NCBI GenBank assembly: GCA_030295235.1
Contig: AP026151.1
Span: forward strand, 310,001 to 374,000
Direction: 5' to 3'
Length of the DNA stretch: 64,000 bases
Origin: Fistulifera solaris
Lineage: Eukaryota
Part shown: one piece after another, positions 25,459-38,490 of the stretch
How the letters are laid out: every line of letters starts with the position of its first letter
How positions within the stretch are numbered: the stretch's first letter is position 1
Program-made: the position numbers and the translations under genes
The notes under the pieces: generated by a model
What the model was told of the DNA's origin: nothing
Seen by the model: only the letters and a program-made list of their open reading frames with translations
Databases searched by the model: none

Positions 25459-28400
25459 TTATTCTAGACCAAAACCTTCACATTCCAGAATCGCACGACC
25501 GAGACGATCGCAAAGTTTTTCATAATTGGATCCGTAATCGGGTAAAAGCAACGTGTTGAAGCACGTATGAGAAGTTGGAAGGTGATCGGAGTCAATACCT
25601 GCTCGTTGTACTTTGAATTGCAACGATCCGAGTCCTCCAATGGGCGCTTTGGAACTACCTGTACTAAATTGCAAAACTTCATCTTGGTGTCCAAGTCCGC
25701 GCTCTTGAGATATTTCCAAAGGTTTTGCACCGCGTCAGACTCTTTTGTGTAGCCTCCTTCGTATTCGGCATTTTTCTCCAAGGCTTCAAAATCTAATTCA
25801 GGAGTGCCGACGACTAACAGTTCAAGTTCCTCCGGACGGAAAAGATCTAAGCTGGAAGACTCCATGATGCGCAGCACGCCTTTTTGAAAGCTTCCCATTG
25901 AGGTTGAATGCTGTCTACCAAGAGCCATTTCACGTACAATAGAACATATTCCTCCTTGTTAAAACTCGTTACGGGAATGTCAGCACCCCCAGGTTTCAGC
26001 TCGACTTTCTTCTCTTCTCCAAGATCCATCCAAGACACCTCGAAAGAAAGGCAAAGATATCTTCAACATCATCTCCATCGTAGTCGAGTAATTGTTGCAT
26101 TCCTTTGCGAATTTCGGGATCGACTAAATCTTCTAGTCCCAATGGAAGATCCAACAGTTTTCGGTACACGGCCTGGGGAAAATGGACGTCGAGAAGAACA
26201 CCATTATACAAACCTAGACCGAACAATATCCCGACTAGCTCGTAGCCCTGTTCATCCCACGTGCAATCCGAGTTGAACCATGTAATATTATCGCCAAATC
26301 GTCTCGTCCACATGCTTGAATTTACGTCAAATAGTTCATCGCTTAACAGGTGAAAGAACTCTCGCGTCACTCCACCGGCGTCGACACCGTCTTCTCCTTT
26401 GAACTTGACCCGCAATTTCATTCGTAATTCTTTCGGATCTGCTTCCTTGATTTTCGCTAGAGTTTGCTCCAAAAGATTCTCGCGCTCCACTTCGAGTACA
26501 TAAAATGGGTCAATCGCGAGACCGTCCGGTCGAATTTCTACACGGCCACTTTCTGTTGCTGTTTTCATCATATTCACTTGACTTTCTATCAAAAGTAAGT
26601 CTCGCTTTTTGGTTGGGGGGATCAAGAAGGGACTTGCACAGATAAGAAAAGGACGCGAAACTGGATCTTTGCCGTACGACTTCAAAGACCGCAAATCATC
26701 GAACAACACTTCCAGCGGCATTTTTTCTACAGCTTCGCTGTAAAAGTCCTCTGGAGCGGCAATATTAGCACGCTCGGAAGCTCGATGAAGCCATCGCAGT
26801 ACTGACACGATGATAGGAACGGCTCGACGAGAGACCTTCGTGTGCACCACGCCATTTTCATCAATTTCAATATGAAGCGCTTTACCAAGTTGAGAAAGCA
26901 ATGGTTTTACCAGCATCCGGACGAAAAGATCGGATGGATACAAGGTCATCCACACCAACAACGCTTTGAAACCTTCGTACGGAAGTCCTAGGAGCGTCTC
27001 ACACAAAGCCATCACACAACTGCCCCTTGGGTCAAAGTCGACACCGTGACGGCTATTCAAGTCAAAGAACCGTATGTAATGAAGTAAACATCGAACAGAT
27101 TCAGGATATATCATTCGCGCCTGAGATTTCGATAAGCTCTGAAGTCCTTGTTGAATACTTTTCTCTGCAACGTCGGCAAGAGACTTTTGTAACTCCTTAT
27201 TGTTGAGCTTCGTAAGCTCCAAGAAAAGATGGTCAAGCTCGGAAGGATCAAGGAACAATCCATTGAGGACCGAAGGATATTTCAGTAACTGTTCTGTTCG
27301 ATTTATTAGCTCTCGACAAGACGGGCTCACGTTGTCATCTACTTCCATTTCGTTGGCTACTCTTCCGACGAGCTCTTCCAAGCTACAAGGCACGCCTGTT
27401 TCGGGACTTTCCCGCAAAGCTGAATCAAAGTCTACGGAACATTTCTGGAAACCTTTTTCCGCGGCAATTGCAACGTTCTGATCACCCCCAGCTGATATGG
27501 TCAAAATGTTCTTCCCAGAAAGAACTTTCTTCAACTCGCCACCTGTCGTCGCGCCCATCTGCCAAACATCGCCAGAACCGTCAAGGAGTAAAGTATTCTC
27601 ACAGCCGGCCTCCGCAGAAATAAATCGACCATTCTCAGGGTGCCGAACGATCTCCACTCGGTTGATAATCTCTTTTCCGGATACGCCTAGCTGCCCTTTA
27701 CTATTCGAACCGCATACAAGTAAGGTTCCGGATCTTGTCACAAGGACCGTGTGATCATTTCCAGCAGCAGCGTGCACTACTGCCACATCGTCTGCCAGGG
27801 ATATTTTGGAGTTGTTTTCAGAGACCGACCAGTTCGGGAAAGGCGTCTTTCCAAGCGGCGTCTCCAGCTGGCTTGTCGGTGTAAGAACAGGAACAGGAGA
27901 AAGCAGTTCCGTCGGATAGCCTCTACCACAGCAACCGGACGTATTCATACCCCAAGCATAGGCACTGCCGTGCGCGGTAAGGACGACGGCGTGATCTTTC
28001 CCCGCCGCGACAGCGGCTAACGGTAACCCCACCAATGCGGGTTGCTCCGCCGGAAGACCCAGGTCGCCCTGTTTCGCATTGACACGGTATCCTGCCACTG
28101 TTGAGACACCGCACGCCAGTACTGACATTCGTGAAGTCAACACGAGAGTAAATTGATTTCCGCAAGCGACGGAGACTGCTCGTGTGCCTGGTCCTAGAAA
28201 CATGGCTTTCGGAGAACACCATTCCTTCAGACCATTGTCCTGATCAACTGACCGAAAATGACCTAATTGTCCCTTCTCATTACTCCCCCATGTTAGAACA
28301 ACTCCCATATCCGTGATGGCTGCCGTATGATCCCAGCCACAGCTGACATGACGAATGAACGCGGTCCCCAAACATTCCAACTTGGACGGGCGAACGATTT

Positions 28401-29343
28401 CTGTGACATCCCGGGGATGCAACGGATCGACGGCACCGGCTGTGTTGACTCCACACGCAAAGACCTCCCCTTGATTGGTGGCATACGCCGAATGACACGG
28501 ACCGCATGAGACGGATAAAACACCGTTCAGTCGTCCGACGCGACTTTCCGCGGAAACTTTGGAATCTGCGGGGCTTCGCGCTACCATGTCATCGTGCAAG
28601 GCACTCGATGCACGAGGTCCCCAGGAATATACGGCAAATTCAAAGCCTTTCGTCTCTTCGGACTTGGGAACCGCAATCGATCCCGATATATTCCGTTGCA
28701 AGGCCGACAAATTAGTAATGCTCCGTTTCGGGAGCAACGGTTGAATTTCGGGCTTTACTTGCGAAGTATATATATCATTTTGTATTGTCTCTTGATCAAT
28801 GTCCATTTCTGGATCATCGGAAGATTCCGTCGGTTCTATGGTAATTTCCTGAATGTACGTGGTCAACAGCATACTGCTGTGCTCGTGCAGAATCATATCA
28901 TCCCCACCGAAAATACTGACCGAAAGCCGACGACTCGCCACCAAACTACTCGAGCGCCGATACGATCGTGTTCGCGGTGGAACCGACTCTTCGTCGTCAT
29001 GTTTCTCCGCATGCTCGAACTGCGTTCGTTGCACGAGTAACGACGCGCGTGCGGACTGTCGCACTTGTAAGGTGCTACTGCAACGCAGCATTTGTAACGG
29101 TATGCGATTCGAATGAGCGAATTCGGCCGTCCGTAAACGTTCCGATAAATCCGACGCACTCGGTAAATGATCCAGACGTTGTCGCAGACTTCCCAACATG
29201 CTGTTGACGGATTCAAACATGGCGCGACCGAGGCGTCGCGGGCGATGGAGTCGTTCTTCAATCTCTCTCAAGTCATTGTCAATGTCGCTCAAGGAAATGT
29301 TATTCGTGTTATTATTGTTGTTGTTTTCATTGTTTTCCGTCAT
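25459..29343 (-). CDS. HERC-type E3 ubiquitin ligase (RCC1 repeats plus HECT)
   Basis: RCC1 repeats (VSCGWDHT, WGSNEKGQLG, VACGNQFT, AAGKDH). HECT motifs FKGEDGVDAGGVTREFF and catalytic LPTSHTCFN. The HECT end is split by indels near 26050, 25885 and 25670. Confidence 0.93.
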
Positions 29344-29781
29344 TGCTTATAAAAGAAATGCAATCGTAAAAAGCAAAACAAGATTGCTTATTATCCTTCA
29401 CAATCAATAAAATATCTCCGCCCTTTTTCCCTTTCACCGTCACTCGTCGTCATTCCGCTCATCCGTTCGTCATTTTCCGGAGCTCCGTCATCCCGACGAC
29501 GGACAATCTTCCGCGACCATTGGAAGACCTTTTGCGATACTACTATTCAGATCACAGTCGATCAAAAAAGTAATCTACTTTCTCGTTTAGAGTCGTCTTT
29601 GACAGTGTGGAGAAGAGTAGACGAAACACGTCAGCCACGACACACATCACACATCACCAAGCTTCCGCCTTCGAAACGCGTTTGCTCGCAAACGACACCA
29701 TTTTCTTACGTTCCTTCTTTGTTGTTACCATCCTTGCAATCCAAAAGACGACGAATCATAACGAAACGCTAGATATCTAGA

Positions 29782-31560
29782 ATGAAGAAGCACGCCTATC
29801 TGCGCCGGTTCAGCAGCATCGCACTTCTTTGGATTCCAGCGATTGGAGCCTTTCAGACACATTTCCTCCCATCGGTCCATCGGCGCTCGTTCCAACCACG
29901 GACGATTCCGTCGTTAAAGGAAACCTGTTTGTCGAATTATCGAAATGGAGATGAAATGGGGTCTCTTGTCACCAACATGACGGAAGTGATAGCAATACAG
30001 CCACCGGGCGAAAGTGGAAATACTATTGCGACGACAGAAAATCCGATCGTTAACGAGGAAGGAGCGCAATTGTCGATACTCAATGAAGGAATGACATCAG
30101 CAGACGCATCTTATGGCGACACAACCAGTGATTCATCCAGTTTACCGACATCAAGTGACTCTACGACACATGTGCTGCAATTTCGTGCAATTTACAGGGA
30201 TCTATTGAAAGCTTCCATTATCGGTCTGGCGTCGGGTGTCGCCATCTCAATCTTCAAACTGGCAGTCGATGGTATTCGTCATGCTTTTTACAGTAATCCC
30301 GTACTACTGGCGCAATCTTGGTACCGGGCTCTCGTCCCGGTGATAGGAGGGTTGCTGGTTGGATGCTTGTCGCTGCCGGGTTCCTTTCCTCCTGGAATGA
30401 TGGATGTTCTCACCGATGTCGATCGGGAATCCAATCTACCCGTACGATCCATTCGAACCCGAGTACAGCAGCAACTGCAGTCGCTTCGGAAATCAGCGGC
30501 CGCCGCAGTTACGTTGGGGACAGGTTGTAGTCTCGGGCCGGAAGGTCCTTGTGTGGAGCTGGGTATGAGTGTAGCACGGTCTTGTATGGACCTGCAAGCC
30601 AACGGCAACCGCGTGGATCGATTGGCCTGGAATCGAATGTTGTTGTCGTGTGGTGCCGCTTCCGGTGTCGCCGCAGGATTCAATGCACCTCTCTCGGGGA
30701 TTCTATTTGCCATGGAGGTCATTCGAACCGCGTTTCGCAAACAGGAAAACGACGCATCGTCGATGCTCTCGGCACCGTCCGCGATCGCCCCCGTGGTGGT
30801 CTCTTCGGTCTTGGCGGCGTTGGTGACACAACGGCTGGTGGGTGCGCATGTGGTGTTGCACTTGTCACACTATACGCTCCGCAATCTTTTGGCGGAAATT
30901 CCTCTCTATGCCGTGTTGGGGACGCTGTGTGGTTTCGTGGCATTTGAATTTAATCAATTCAGTAAGTTCAGCAAAGACATCTTTCAAGGAAATCGTGGTT
31001 TCGCTTTTGTGAGATCTTTTATGAAGAAGGCACCCAATTCATTGAAGCCCATGATGGGAGGTACTGTCTGCGGGATACTTGGATTAATGGTTCCAGGAGT
31101 TTTATTTGTCGGGTACGACTCCATCAATGCCCTTCTCAACCATGGTGCAATGTCGGCACCCCATCTGTTAATGCTTCTTTTGACAAAGGGTTTTGCAACA
31201 GCAATATCGGGTGGATCCGGACTCGTGGGAGGAACGTTTGCACCATCGTTGTTTTTAGGTGCCATGACGGGTGCATCCTTTTATAATGTGGTCAGCGGCA
31301 TTTTTGCACTTTTTGCCAGTCCGACCGTGCCGAGTTTTCCGCTTTCCGATCTGCCAGGATTCACCATGGTCGGAGCAGCGAGTGTTCTAGCGGCTCTGTT
31401 CCGAGCTCCTTTGACGGCTACCATGCTATTGTTCGAGTTGACGCATGATTACAAAGTACTTCTTCCGCTCATGGTGAGTGCGGGGATTGGGTCTGTCGTC
31501 CGGGACATTTTGGAAGCAAAAGCAACAGCAAAGTATGTACAAAACAAAATCAATGCATAA
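29782..31560 (+). CDS. Plastid-targeted CLC chloride channel/transporter (CLC-e-like, no CBS domains)
   Basis: Signal peptide ending IGA-FQ; GCSLGPEGP with gating Glu, AAGFNAP, GLVGGTFAPSLFLGA and APLT....FELT; intact 592-aa ORF. Confidence 0.92.
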   Translation: MKKHAYLRRFSSIALLWIPAIGAFQTHFLPSVHRRSFQPRTIPSLKETCLSNYRNGDEMGSLVTNMTEVIAIQPPGESGNTIATTENPIVNEEGAQLSILNEGMTSADASYGDTTSDSSSLPTSSDSTTHVLQFRAIYRDLLKASIIGLASGVAISIFKLAVDGIRHAFYSNPVLLAQSWYRALVPVIGGLLVGCLSLPGSFPPGMMDVLTDVDRESNLPVRSIRTRVQQQLQSLRKSAAAAVTLGTGCSLGPEGPCVELGMSVARSCMDLQANGNRVDRLAWNRMLLSCGAASGVAAGFNAPLSGILFAMEVIRTAFRKQENDASSMLSAPSAIAPVVVSSVLAALVTQRLVGAHVVLHLSHYTLRNLLAEIPLYAVLGTLCGFVAFEFNQFSKFSKDIFQGNRGFAFVRSFMKKAPNSLKPMMGGTVCGILGLMVPGVLFVGYDSINALLNHGAMSAPHLLMLLLTKGFATAISGGSGLVGGTFAPSLFLGAMTGASFYNVVSGIFALFASPTVPSFPLSDLPGFTMVGAASVLAALFRAPLTATMLLFELTHDYKVLLPLMVSAGIGSVVRDILEAKATAKYVQNKINA

Positions 31561-31730
31561 ACTAGAATGAATTTGATCATACTATCCAAGACTGCATTTT
31601 AGTCGCGAGTCGTGAGATTCTCTCTACTGTATGCGCCCCATCCCTGAAAATACTCGAGCACAACACAACTTCGACAAAGCTCAACATAGAAACATATTAT
31701 TAAACACATACCTCTTTATTTTCTGTACCA

Positions 31731-32002
31731 GTATGAATGAAATACAACTGGTCCGGAATTTCTGGAGTGCCCCAGATTTTCTGTATGAATGAAATACACC
31801 TAGTCCAGAAATTCTGGGCCACCTGTCCCAGAATTTCTGTTTGATTGAATTATTGTTGGTCCAGAATTTCTGGACCGCCCCAGATTTTCTGTATGAATGA
31901 AATACAACTGGTCCAGAATTTCTGGACTATCCCAGATTTTCTGTATGAACGAAATACAGTGGTCCAAAATTTCTGGACCGGCCCAGATTTTCCAGAATTT
32001 TT
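31731..32002. repeat. Minisatellite of 5 units of about 52 bp, each with an internal palindrome
   Basis: Unit consensus GTATGAATGAAATACAACT-GGTCCAGAA-T-TTCTGGACC-GCCCCAGATTTTCT; units start at 31731, 31783, 31839, 31891 and 31943. Confidence 0.9.
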
Positions 32003-32102
32003 TGGAACGACCTATACCGCAAACCGCAACACAGAAGGAAGGCAAGAAACGTGCTCGTTTTCAGTGATTAGCATCTCTTTTATTGCTCATTTGTCGTTTG
32101 AA

Positions 32103-32867
32103 ATGACCTTAAAAAGGACTGACTAATCAGGATGAACGACCAGTTGAGGTTCTTGTCATACAAATCCCCCAAAACTGTGGTTGCCGAATCGGTAAGTAGA
32201 TGATGCTGTCGAAGCCTTCAAGAGAAAGAAAATGAGACTGACGTATATTTTCTTGTAGGTCTTTCAGTTCATGCATGGTACAAATACTTTATCAAAAGTA
32301 AATTGCGCGTCTCACATAAACCTTTTCTCGCAAGCGCTCACCTATCATATCTCTTCAGGCCTCATTTATGGTGCAGCGTGGGGTTTGGTAAGCATCAACT
32401 ATCTATTGTTTCGTAACCCTCATATTCGAGATAAAAAATTACTCATTTACACTTGTATTACAGGTCACACCGTTCCCGGCTCCCGGTTCGGCTGCCGCAG
32501 CTCGAGGTACGTGACAAACAGGGGGATGATGATGATGATGAGTGCCGTTCACATCCTCAAAACGTCCCGTTTTACAGAAGCAGCCACAGGAATTTTCCGA
32601 CCCGTTCCAGTCTTTAGCTCTCTGTCGGCGGTTCCTTCCAATGCGATTTTCTTCGCCAGTCTGCTAGGATACCAACGGTTTTGTTCGAAAGGTTTGGAGC
32701 TCGTTCGGAGACAGGAAGATGTGTACAATGATTTCTTTGGTTTTGCGATGATTTGGCCGTATTATACCTACATACTGAATTATTCGGAGCGACGATTGAT
32801 TCTCCATAATCGCTGCGTAGGAGGAGCAGTCCTCATGTCCATCGGATACGTCACGTTTCTTGCGTGA
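32103..32867 (+). CDS. Tim17/Tim22-family-like membrane protein, multi-exon, 5' end uncertain
   Basis: GT-AG introns at 32192-32258, 32388-32463 and 32507-32577. Spliced product contains GLIYGAAWGL-VTPFP and GLELVRRQEDVYNDFFG, resembling the Tim17-family E..R..ED..N motif. Confidence 0.55.
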
Positions 32868-32897
32868 GCAGAATTTCGAGTTTCAGATCAGTTTATG

Positions 32898-33043
32898 TAG
32901 CAATGAAGCAACAACGAGTTCTATGCATTACAACTGCGACCTAATTTATTGTCGATGATTGTAGACTAGTTAGCAATGGAGCAACAACGGGTTCTATGCA
33001 ATACAACTGAGACCTAGTTTATCGTCGAAGATTGTAGATAAGT
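32898..33043. repeat. 73-bp tandem duplication (2 copies) between convergent 3' ends
   Basis: tagcaatgaagcaacaacgagttctatgc... at 32898 recurs at 32971 with a few substitutions. Confidence 0.88.
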
Positions 33044-33049
33044 TGCGGC

Positions 33050-36000
33050 CTATTCCTGTATCAAACCCTGGTCAAACCGCCTTTCGGTGTCGCCCGTATC
33101 ACCGCTCAACGCAGCCAGTCCATTCGCACCTTCCGAGGACTTTTATTGACGAAGCGTTTGATACGCTTCGTGAATGAGAAGGGTCAGGGTTGGTCTGACT
33201 GGTAGAGTTGTCGCTATTCGATCTTTCATGCTTCTTCTTAGCACGGGCAAGCTCACGCTGCCTATCCCATTCTAATTGCAACTGCTCAATCCGTTTTCGT
33301 TGCTGCTCGGCTTCTTGAGCCAGTCGCTTTTCAAATTCCGCACGTTCCTTCTCGTGCTTCTCCAGCGTTTTCAAATGCTGTTCCTCGCGCTCCACTTTAC
33401 AACGTTGGAGACTATCCATGCGACTGTCGTACACTTTCCTTGCTCGTTGCAAATTCTTTTGAAAATCCTGGTCTAACTTCCGCAATTCATCATCCGACTC
33501 TTCTTCGTCAGAGTCAGCATCGTTGACATCCTTTCTGCTCATTTCACTAATGGGCGAAGTTGTTCGACTTTCCACATGAGCCTGCGGTAATGACCCGTCG
33601 TTGTTGTCATTATCGCCTGATGCTTTCATAGTGGGAGAGGGAGACTTATCCTCGGGTCGAGTCGAATCACCAGAGGCGGTCAAAGTTATCGTTGGGGCCA
33701 CTTGAGTAGTTATCTGAGGCGCAAGAATTGAATTCGGAATTGCGGTATGAATTTGCTCTAACGAAGTCGTCCGCGTTGGAGTTAGTGGTTGTAGGGGAGG
33801 ATCACATTGTGGCGGCACTTGTTGAGCGACGCTTTCATTGACTGAATATGGATGACTGGGCTGTCCTCCGGGGACTTGGGCTTGCACCGGAATGGGAGCC
33901 TGGCCGTTTTGACCAACATTTACGCGGGAAACATAGTCCGGTTGAAGAGATTGCTGGGCAGGCATGGCATTGATCGGGTGCGGCGGAGGACTAGGTCCCA
34001 TTGCTTGCACCATAGCTTGTTGAGATGGAGCAACGGGGAAGGACGATAATGAATGATGTTGTGGGACATGTATTTGCTGGTGTTCTGTCGGTACAGACTG
34101 ACTTGATCCGAACGCTTTCTGAGGTGTCAAATAGACTTGCTGCGGCACATGCTGCCCATTCACATTCAAATTAAAGTCTTGTTGAGGTTGAAAATGAGGG
34201 TGCGGAATCTGGGTTGATGAAACGTTCGGCTGAGAATAGTCGAACACTGGCGCGGAATGCGGAAAATGGGTGTTTTGGATCAGTGGTATTTGAACCGCTG
34301 GATTGTGCACATTTGCCCCCTGGAGAAACTGCGTCGGCTGCTGTTGCTGGTGCTGAAAGTTAACTGGTATTTGATGCTGGAAGGATGCATTTTGTGGATG
34401 CTGTACGTTTGCGTTCGGGTTTACAGGCACGGGCTGCGGCAGTTGCTGTTGAAACTGCTGTGCAGGTGGGTGAAGGGTGTGCTGTACAGGGTGATTTGCA
34501 ATTATATTCTGGGCGTTGCCAACTCTGACCGCATACCTATCCTGCTTCATTCTCGCAGCTCGAGCAAGTCCACTAATCGTTTCACTTATTTCCAAAACTG
34601 CTCCGTGGGGGATGCCAAGCTCCTGTACCATTTCCTTCGCTACTTGAATGGGGTCATCCTCGACAAGGTGAAAGTCAAACTGTACATTCTGTGTTTGGCC
34701 TTCGATTGGAAGAGTAACCACTAGCTTCAAAATTTCATCAGCGTATGGTCTTACGTTTTGGCCTTCATCCTCTATCACGACAGTGGCGACAACATAATTA
34801 AAAGTCGGCGTTTCTTGTCTCGAATCAACCGATTTGGTTTCAATGAAACTGGGAGCAGCTACTTCAGAAGGCTGCGGCACTGTGTTCTGAGTCGAACTAT
34901 CATCAATACCTCTTGACGTACTCATATTCGTGATATCTACACTTGTCTCTGCTGCGTCTCCAAGTATGGGAGCAACGGTCGCTGCATGCATTTGCTCGTC
35001 TTCTTTCCATTCAGTGTCACGACCCATTAATACTTTCACTTTTTTCATGTTCGTTTCACTCTCAGGCATTTCTTCAAATTCGTCACCATCATCATCATAT
35101 TCTGTGGCCGGTCGAGCTATCCGCGGTGGTAAGTCTGTTTCGTCATCATGAAGATTGTTACTTTCCATTGCTAAGGGATTCGACGTCGAGGATTGTGACT
35201 CAGCGGCTTCGGATATCATCGTTTCTCGCAGCGGAGGATCTACTATCACTTCATCGTCGTCGTTTTCGCGTATCGCTAAAAATGGGTGTTGAAGTAACTC
35301 TGTTGCCGATGGACGAATATAGTTGCCCTCGTTGTCTCGGTATCCTAAGCAAAAGTTAACAAAGTCTCGGGCATGCTTGCTCTGTATTCGACCGAGGATT
35401 TCTGGTGGTTCGCCACTGGATACTTTCTTGTATATTTGCGCCGGGTTGTTGCATTCTGAATACGGGATTTCTTGCGTAAATATCTCGAGCACGCACATTC
35501 CAAAAGCATAGATGTCGACTTTTTCGTCATAAGGCTTATCTTCGTACATATCAGGAGCCATAAATTCAGGTGTTCCAAGCACGCTGAGCACTCTCCCGTT
35601 TCGATGTACTGTACTAAGTCCAAGGTCGCCTATCCTTAGATCACCTGACGTTCCATTGATAAATATATTCTCGCTGTCGAATCAAGTGTGAGTACGCTAT
35701 CGCAAAGACGATTGCTGGTATTTGTTCTCTTTGTGTCCTTACCATTTGAGATCTCGATGAATGACAGGAGGATCTTGAGAATGCAAGTATTCAAGCCCCT
35801 TCAATATTTGTATAGCCCATCGTTTCGCGATTTTCCAGCGAATCACTTGCACTTTACTTATAAAAGCTTTCAAAGTCCCAGAGGAGAGAATTTCCGTAAC
35901 AAAGTTGACTTCTTGTCGTTCTCGATTCACCCACGACCCATGAAAACTGATAATATTGTGATGATGCAGCCTTTCCAAGAGTCGTACTTCATTGACAATT

Positions 36001-36656
36001 CGGTTTCGCTCGTTCTTTGGTACTCCGGATAAATTCACAACGTTCCAAGCAACCTCAATTCCTTCCTGCGTGTCGTATGCTCGGTAAACATCCTTTGAGG
36101 CTCCGCTCCCCAGTTTTTCTCGAAAGCGCACATAACGACCTCCGGGGGACCTTTCCATGATAGCATTCTGTATCTCCGGGCTACTGATGTACTCGTTTAG
36201 ATCATTGGAAATCGAATTGCTGACTGGGTCGGTGCGAGCGGGTGCCGAAACGACCGATCCAAGCGCTGATCTCGTGTCATCCTTAGCATTTGCTAATGAA
36301 GACTCTTTCGCAGCAACATCTACTGTCGCCGAATCTGAAATTGTATGACTAAGAGGCTGTACGAACGACGCTGCTGGGTCTCCCAATTTCCCGTCGTCTT
36401 GTCCGTCTGCTGAAGCTTCCAGAAAAATAACTTGCTTGGGTACTTCCATTTCCGCTACTTCGGTATCGAATGTCTGCAGCAACGCTGGTTCTAAAGAAGC
36501 AGGAAGCGTCACTGCGGATACAACGGACTCATCTTTTTCTTTCGAAAGCTTCATGTCCGGTACATCGAGATTCGTGTTGTTGACGCAATCATATGCGCTT
36601 TTTTCGGGAAGATCGATGGTGCTGAGTATCATATTTCCCAAATCTGACGATTCCAT
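33050..36656 (-). CDS. WNK: WNK (With-No-Lysine) Ser/Thr kinase with Q/P-rich disordered region and C-terminal coiled coil
   Basis: LGSGASKDVYRAYD...EVAWN (Lys in the Gly-loop region). IHRDLK-CENIFING is joined by intron 35674-35742. Also IGDLGL, GTPEFMAP and the CCT-like VQFDFHLVEDDP. ORF stop is at 33099; a shifted frame ends at 33050. Confidence 0.93.
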
Positions 36657-37583
36657 TTTGTTTGTGTTTCCAAAAATCAAGCAGATTTAATGTGAAGTCG
36701 GCAATTGAGAGAGTTGGAGAGTCAGGACAGCCTTCTGATAATAAGTGGCGGCAAAAACGGTGACGTTCAACAACTGGTAATTGCAACAAGATCGTCACTG
36801 AATCTATAAATCAAATTCAAGGTTATATTATCACGTCAAGCAACTGAAACTCCGGTTTCGCATAGAGAGAAGCGTTTGGATTGACTAATCAATACTCTTT
36901 CATAAGCAGAAGTCGTCTTCTCAGGTGATAGACGGGCAACGCCACAATGAAAGAGGAGTTCGGGGCATCGAACGTCGCAGGGGGGAGGCGGAACTTCAAC
37001 GAATACCGGATGTAGCTGTTGGGACTTTATTATTCGTTATTGTGTAACAAATTCTTGGTGACTCCACTATTGTTACTATACTATGATTCAATTAAGATCA
37101 AGACGATTTTTATTTATTGTCCAGCTGGTACTAATCCTACTTGCACCTTGGTAAATAGGGAACAAAAATTTCATTACAGCTAGCTGCACGCGCGCCTGCT
37201 TCCATTATTTCAAGGTCATTCGAATTTCGAATAGATGTCGCATCGGGTATCTGGCAGTATGCAGTGAACTTCAAGATGTCTTTTTGTATACGCTCTAAAT
37301 GTAGACGGAAATTTTGGAGGACTTACTACTGTATAAGAAAATCAGAAAAATTAAGTAATCTTAACCTTAGCACATTTTTGGGAGATCACGCAATGAACAG
37401 ATTTACAGATTTATCTCAAACTCTTTCTCTAGTAGACTGGTTCCCCGCACGCAAGGAGCCGTAATCGTCTATTATTTACCTGGTATTGCCTTGGCAGTAA
37501 TAAATTAGGTCATCCGTGATTCACCAGACTTTCTCCAAATGCTTTTCAAACCTTACATTTTCACGGCGGAAAGCTGTCTGTTC

Positions 37584-38351
37584 CTAGTAGACACCTGGCT
37601 TAAAAATCATCATACCGTATATCGCTAACAAGAAGAGGCATGAAACCACATTTGAGACGCGACGTAGCTCATAAATTGTAGGCCTTTTCTCACCCAAAGA
37701 ATTCTCCAAAGCAGATTGAGCTTTAAATTGAGTTGAGCGATCCGTAAATTCCCACCACAAACCAAAAGCAAGAAGTAGAAGCAGTGTACTTTGAACATGA
37801 AACGGTGCCATTTGAAAACTACCGTATCGAATACAAGCATTCCCGATACCAGATACAATGGATCCTGTCAAAGCTGGGAGAACGATCCATTCTTCGACAA
37901 CAGGGACTTTTTCGAACCAAAGCCTCTGGGTTGGCACACTACCACTCTCGACCACCATCCACTCAAGAACAGCTGTCGTAATAACACACCCTGCAAACAA
38001 CATGCCGCTCACTGCATGTACGAAATTGAGAGTCGTGAAAGGAACTTCCGCGAGAGCCGCCGGCCAACAACCACGAAAATAGTTGTTGGCGACGAAGATA
38101 CTCATGGCGAATGGCCACACGTCAGAGAAAGTCGATCTTATTCGTGATGCCACTCGATCATTCGAGCTATATCCGTCTTCTGGCTTCAATGATAGAGCGA
38201 ATCAGCCATTTAATCGATGACAACGAACGTGATTCGCATCTATCCTTATCGTGCCCTCTCTGTGACCAGTAAGTGACGGCAGGACGGGGAGAAACGATTC
38301 TGCTGGCGTGCGAAACCACAAGCAAAGGCTGATGACGAAGAAGGTCTTCAT
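37584..38351 (-). CDS. Plastid-targeted multi-TM protein (DUF2269-like) with an in-frame TGA in the presequence
   Basis: ATG at 38351 gives MKTFFVISLCLWFRTPAES-FLP, in frame with ORF 37584..38189 but interrupted by TGA at 38204-38202. Contains HAVSGMLFAG and ends LAIYGMMIFKP. Confidence 0.6.
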
Positions 38352-38469
38352 GGTGTTTATATACGCAATGTTGATGGTATTTGAGCGATTATTTTTCCGG
38401 AAAGGTATGGAAGAATTGTGATGGCATGAAAAAGCGAACCGAAGGCAAAAAATCGTTCGATGATCGTCT

Positions 38470-38490
38470 CGTGACTGAAATACAGTCGTG
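38470..38490. promoter_or_regulatory. Spaced palindrome GACTG-N5-CAGTC (other copies at 46188 and 54807)
   Basis: CGTGACTG-AAATA-CAGTCGTG in a divergent promoter; near-identical copies lie in two other divergent promoters. Confidence 0.45.

Noticed and set aside
31731..32002. Palindromic repeat array as a CRISPR array
   Set aside because: The sequence between the palindromes is itself repeated rather than unique, so it is a minisatellite.
15395..36656. Bestrophin, CLC and chloride-sensing WNK as an anion-homeostasis gene cluster
   Set aside because: They are separated by unrelated genes and predicted in different compartments, with no shared regulatory evidence; co-location is plausibly chance.
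37474..37560. ATTTACCTGG as the start of a U1 snRNA
   Set aside because: It does not match the invariant ATACTTACCTG 5' end, and no U1 loop or Sm-site pattern follows.
37464..38204. In-frame TGA at 38204 as selenocysteine, with an ATGA...GA stem at about 37464-37513 as SECIS
   Set aside because: The TGA lies in a cleaved, non-catalytic transit peptide. The downstream stem is AT-rich and bulged and lacks an apical AA at the right spacing.
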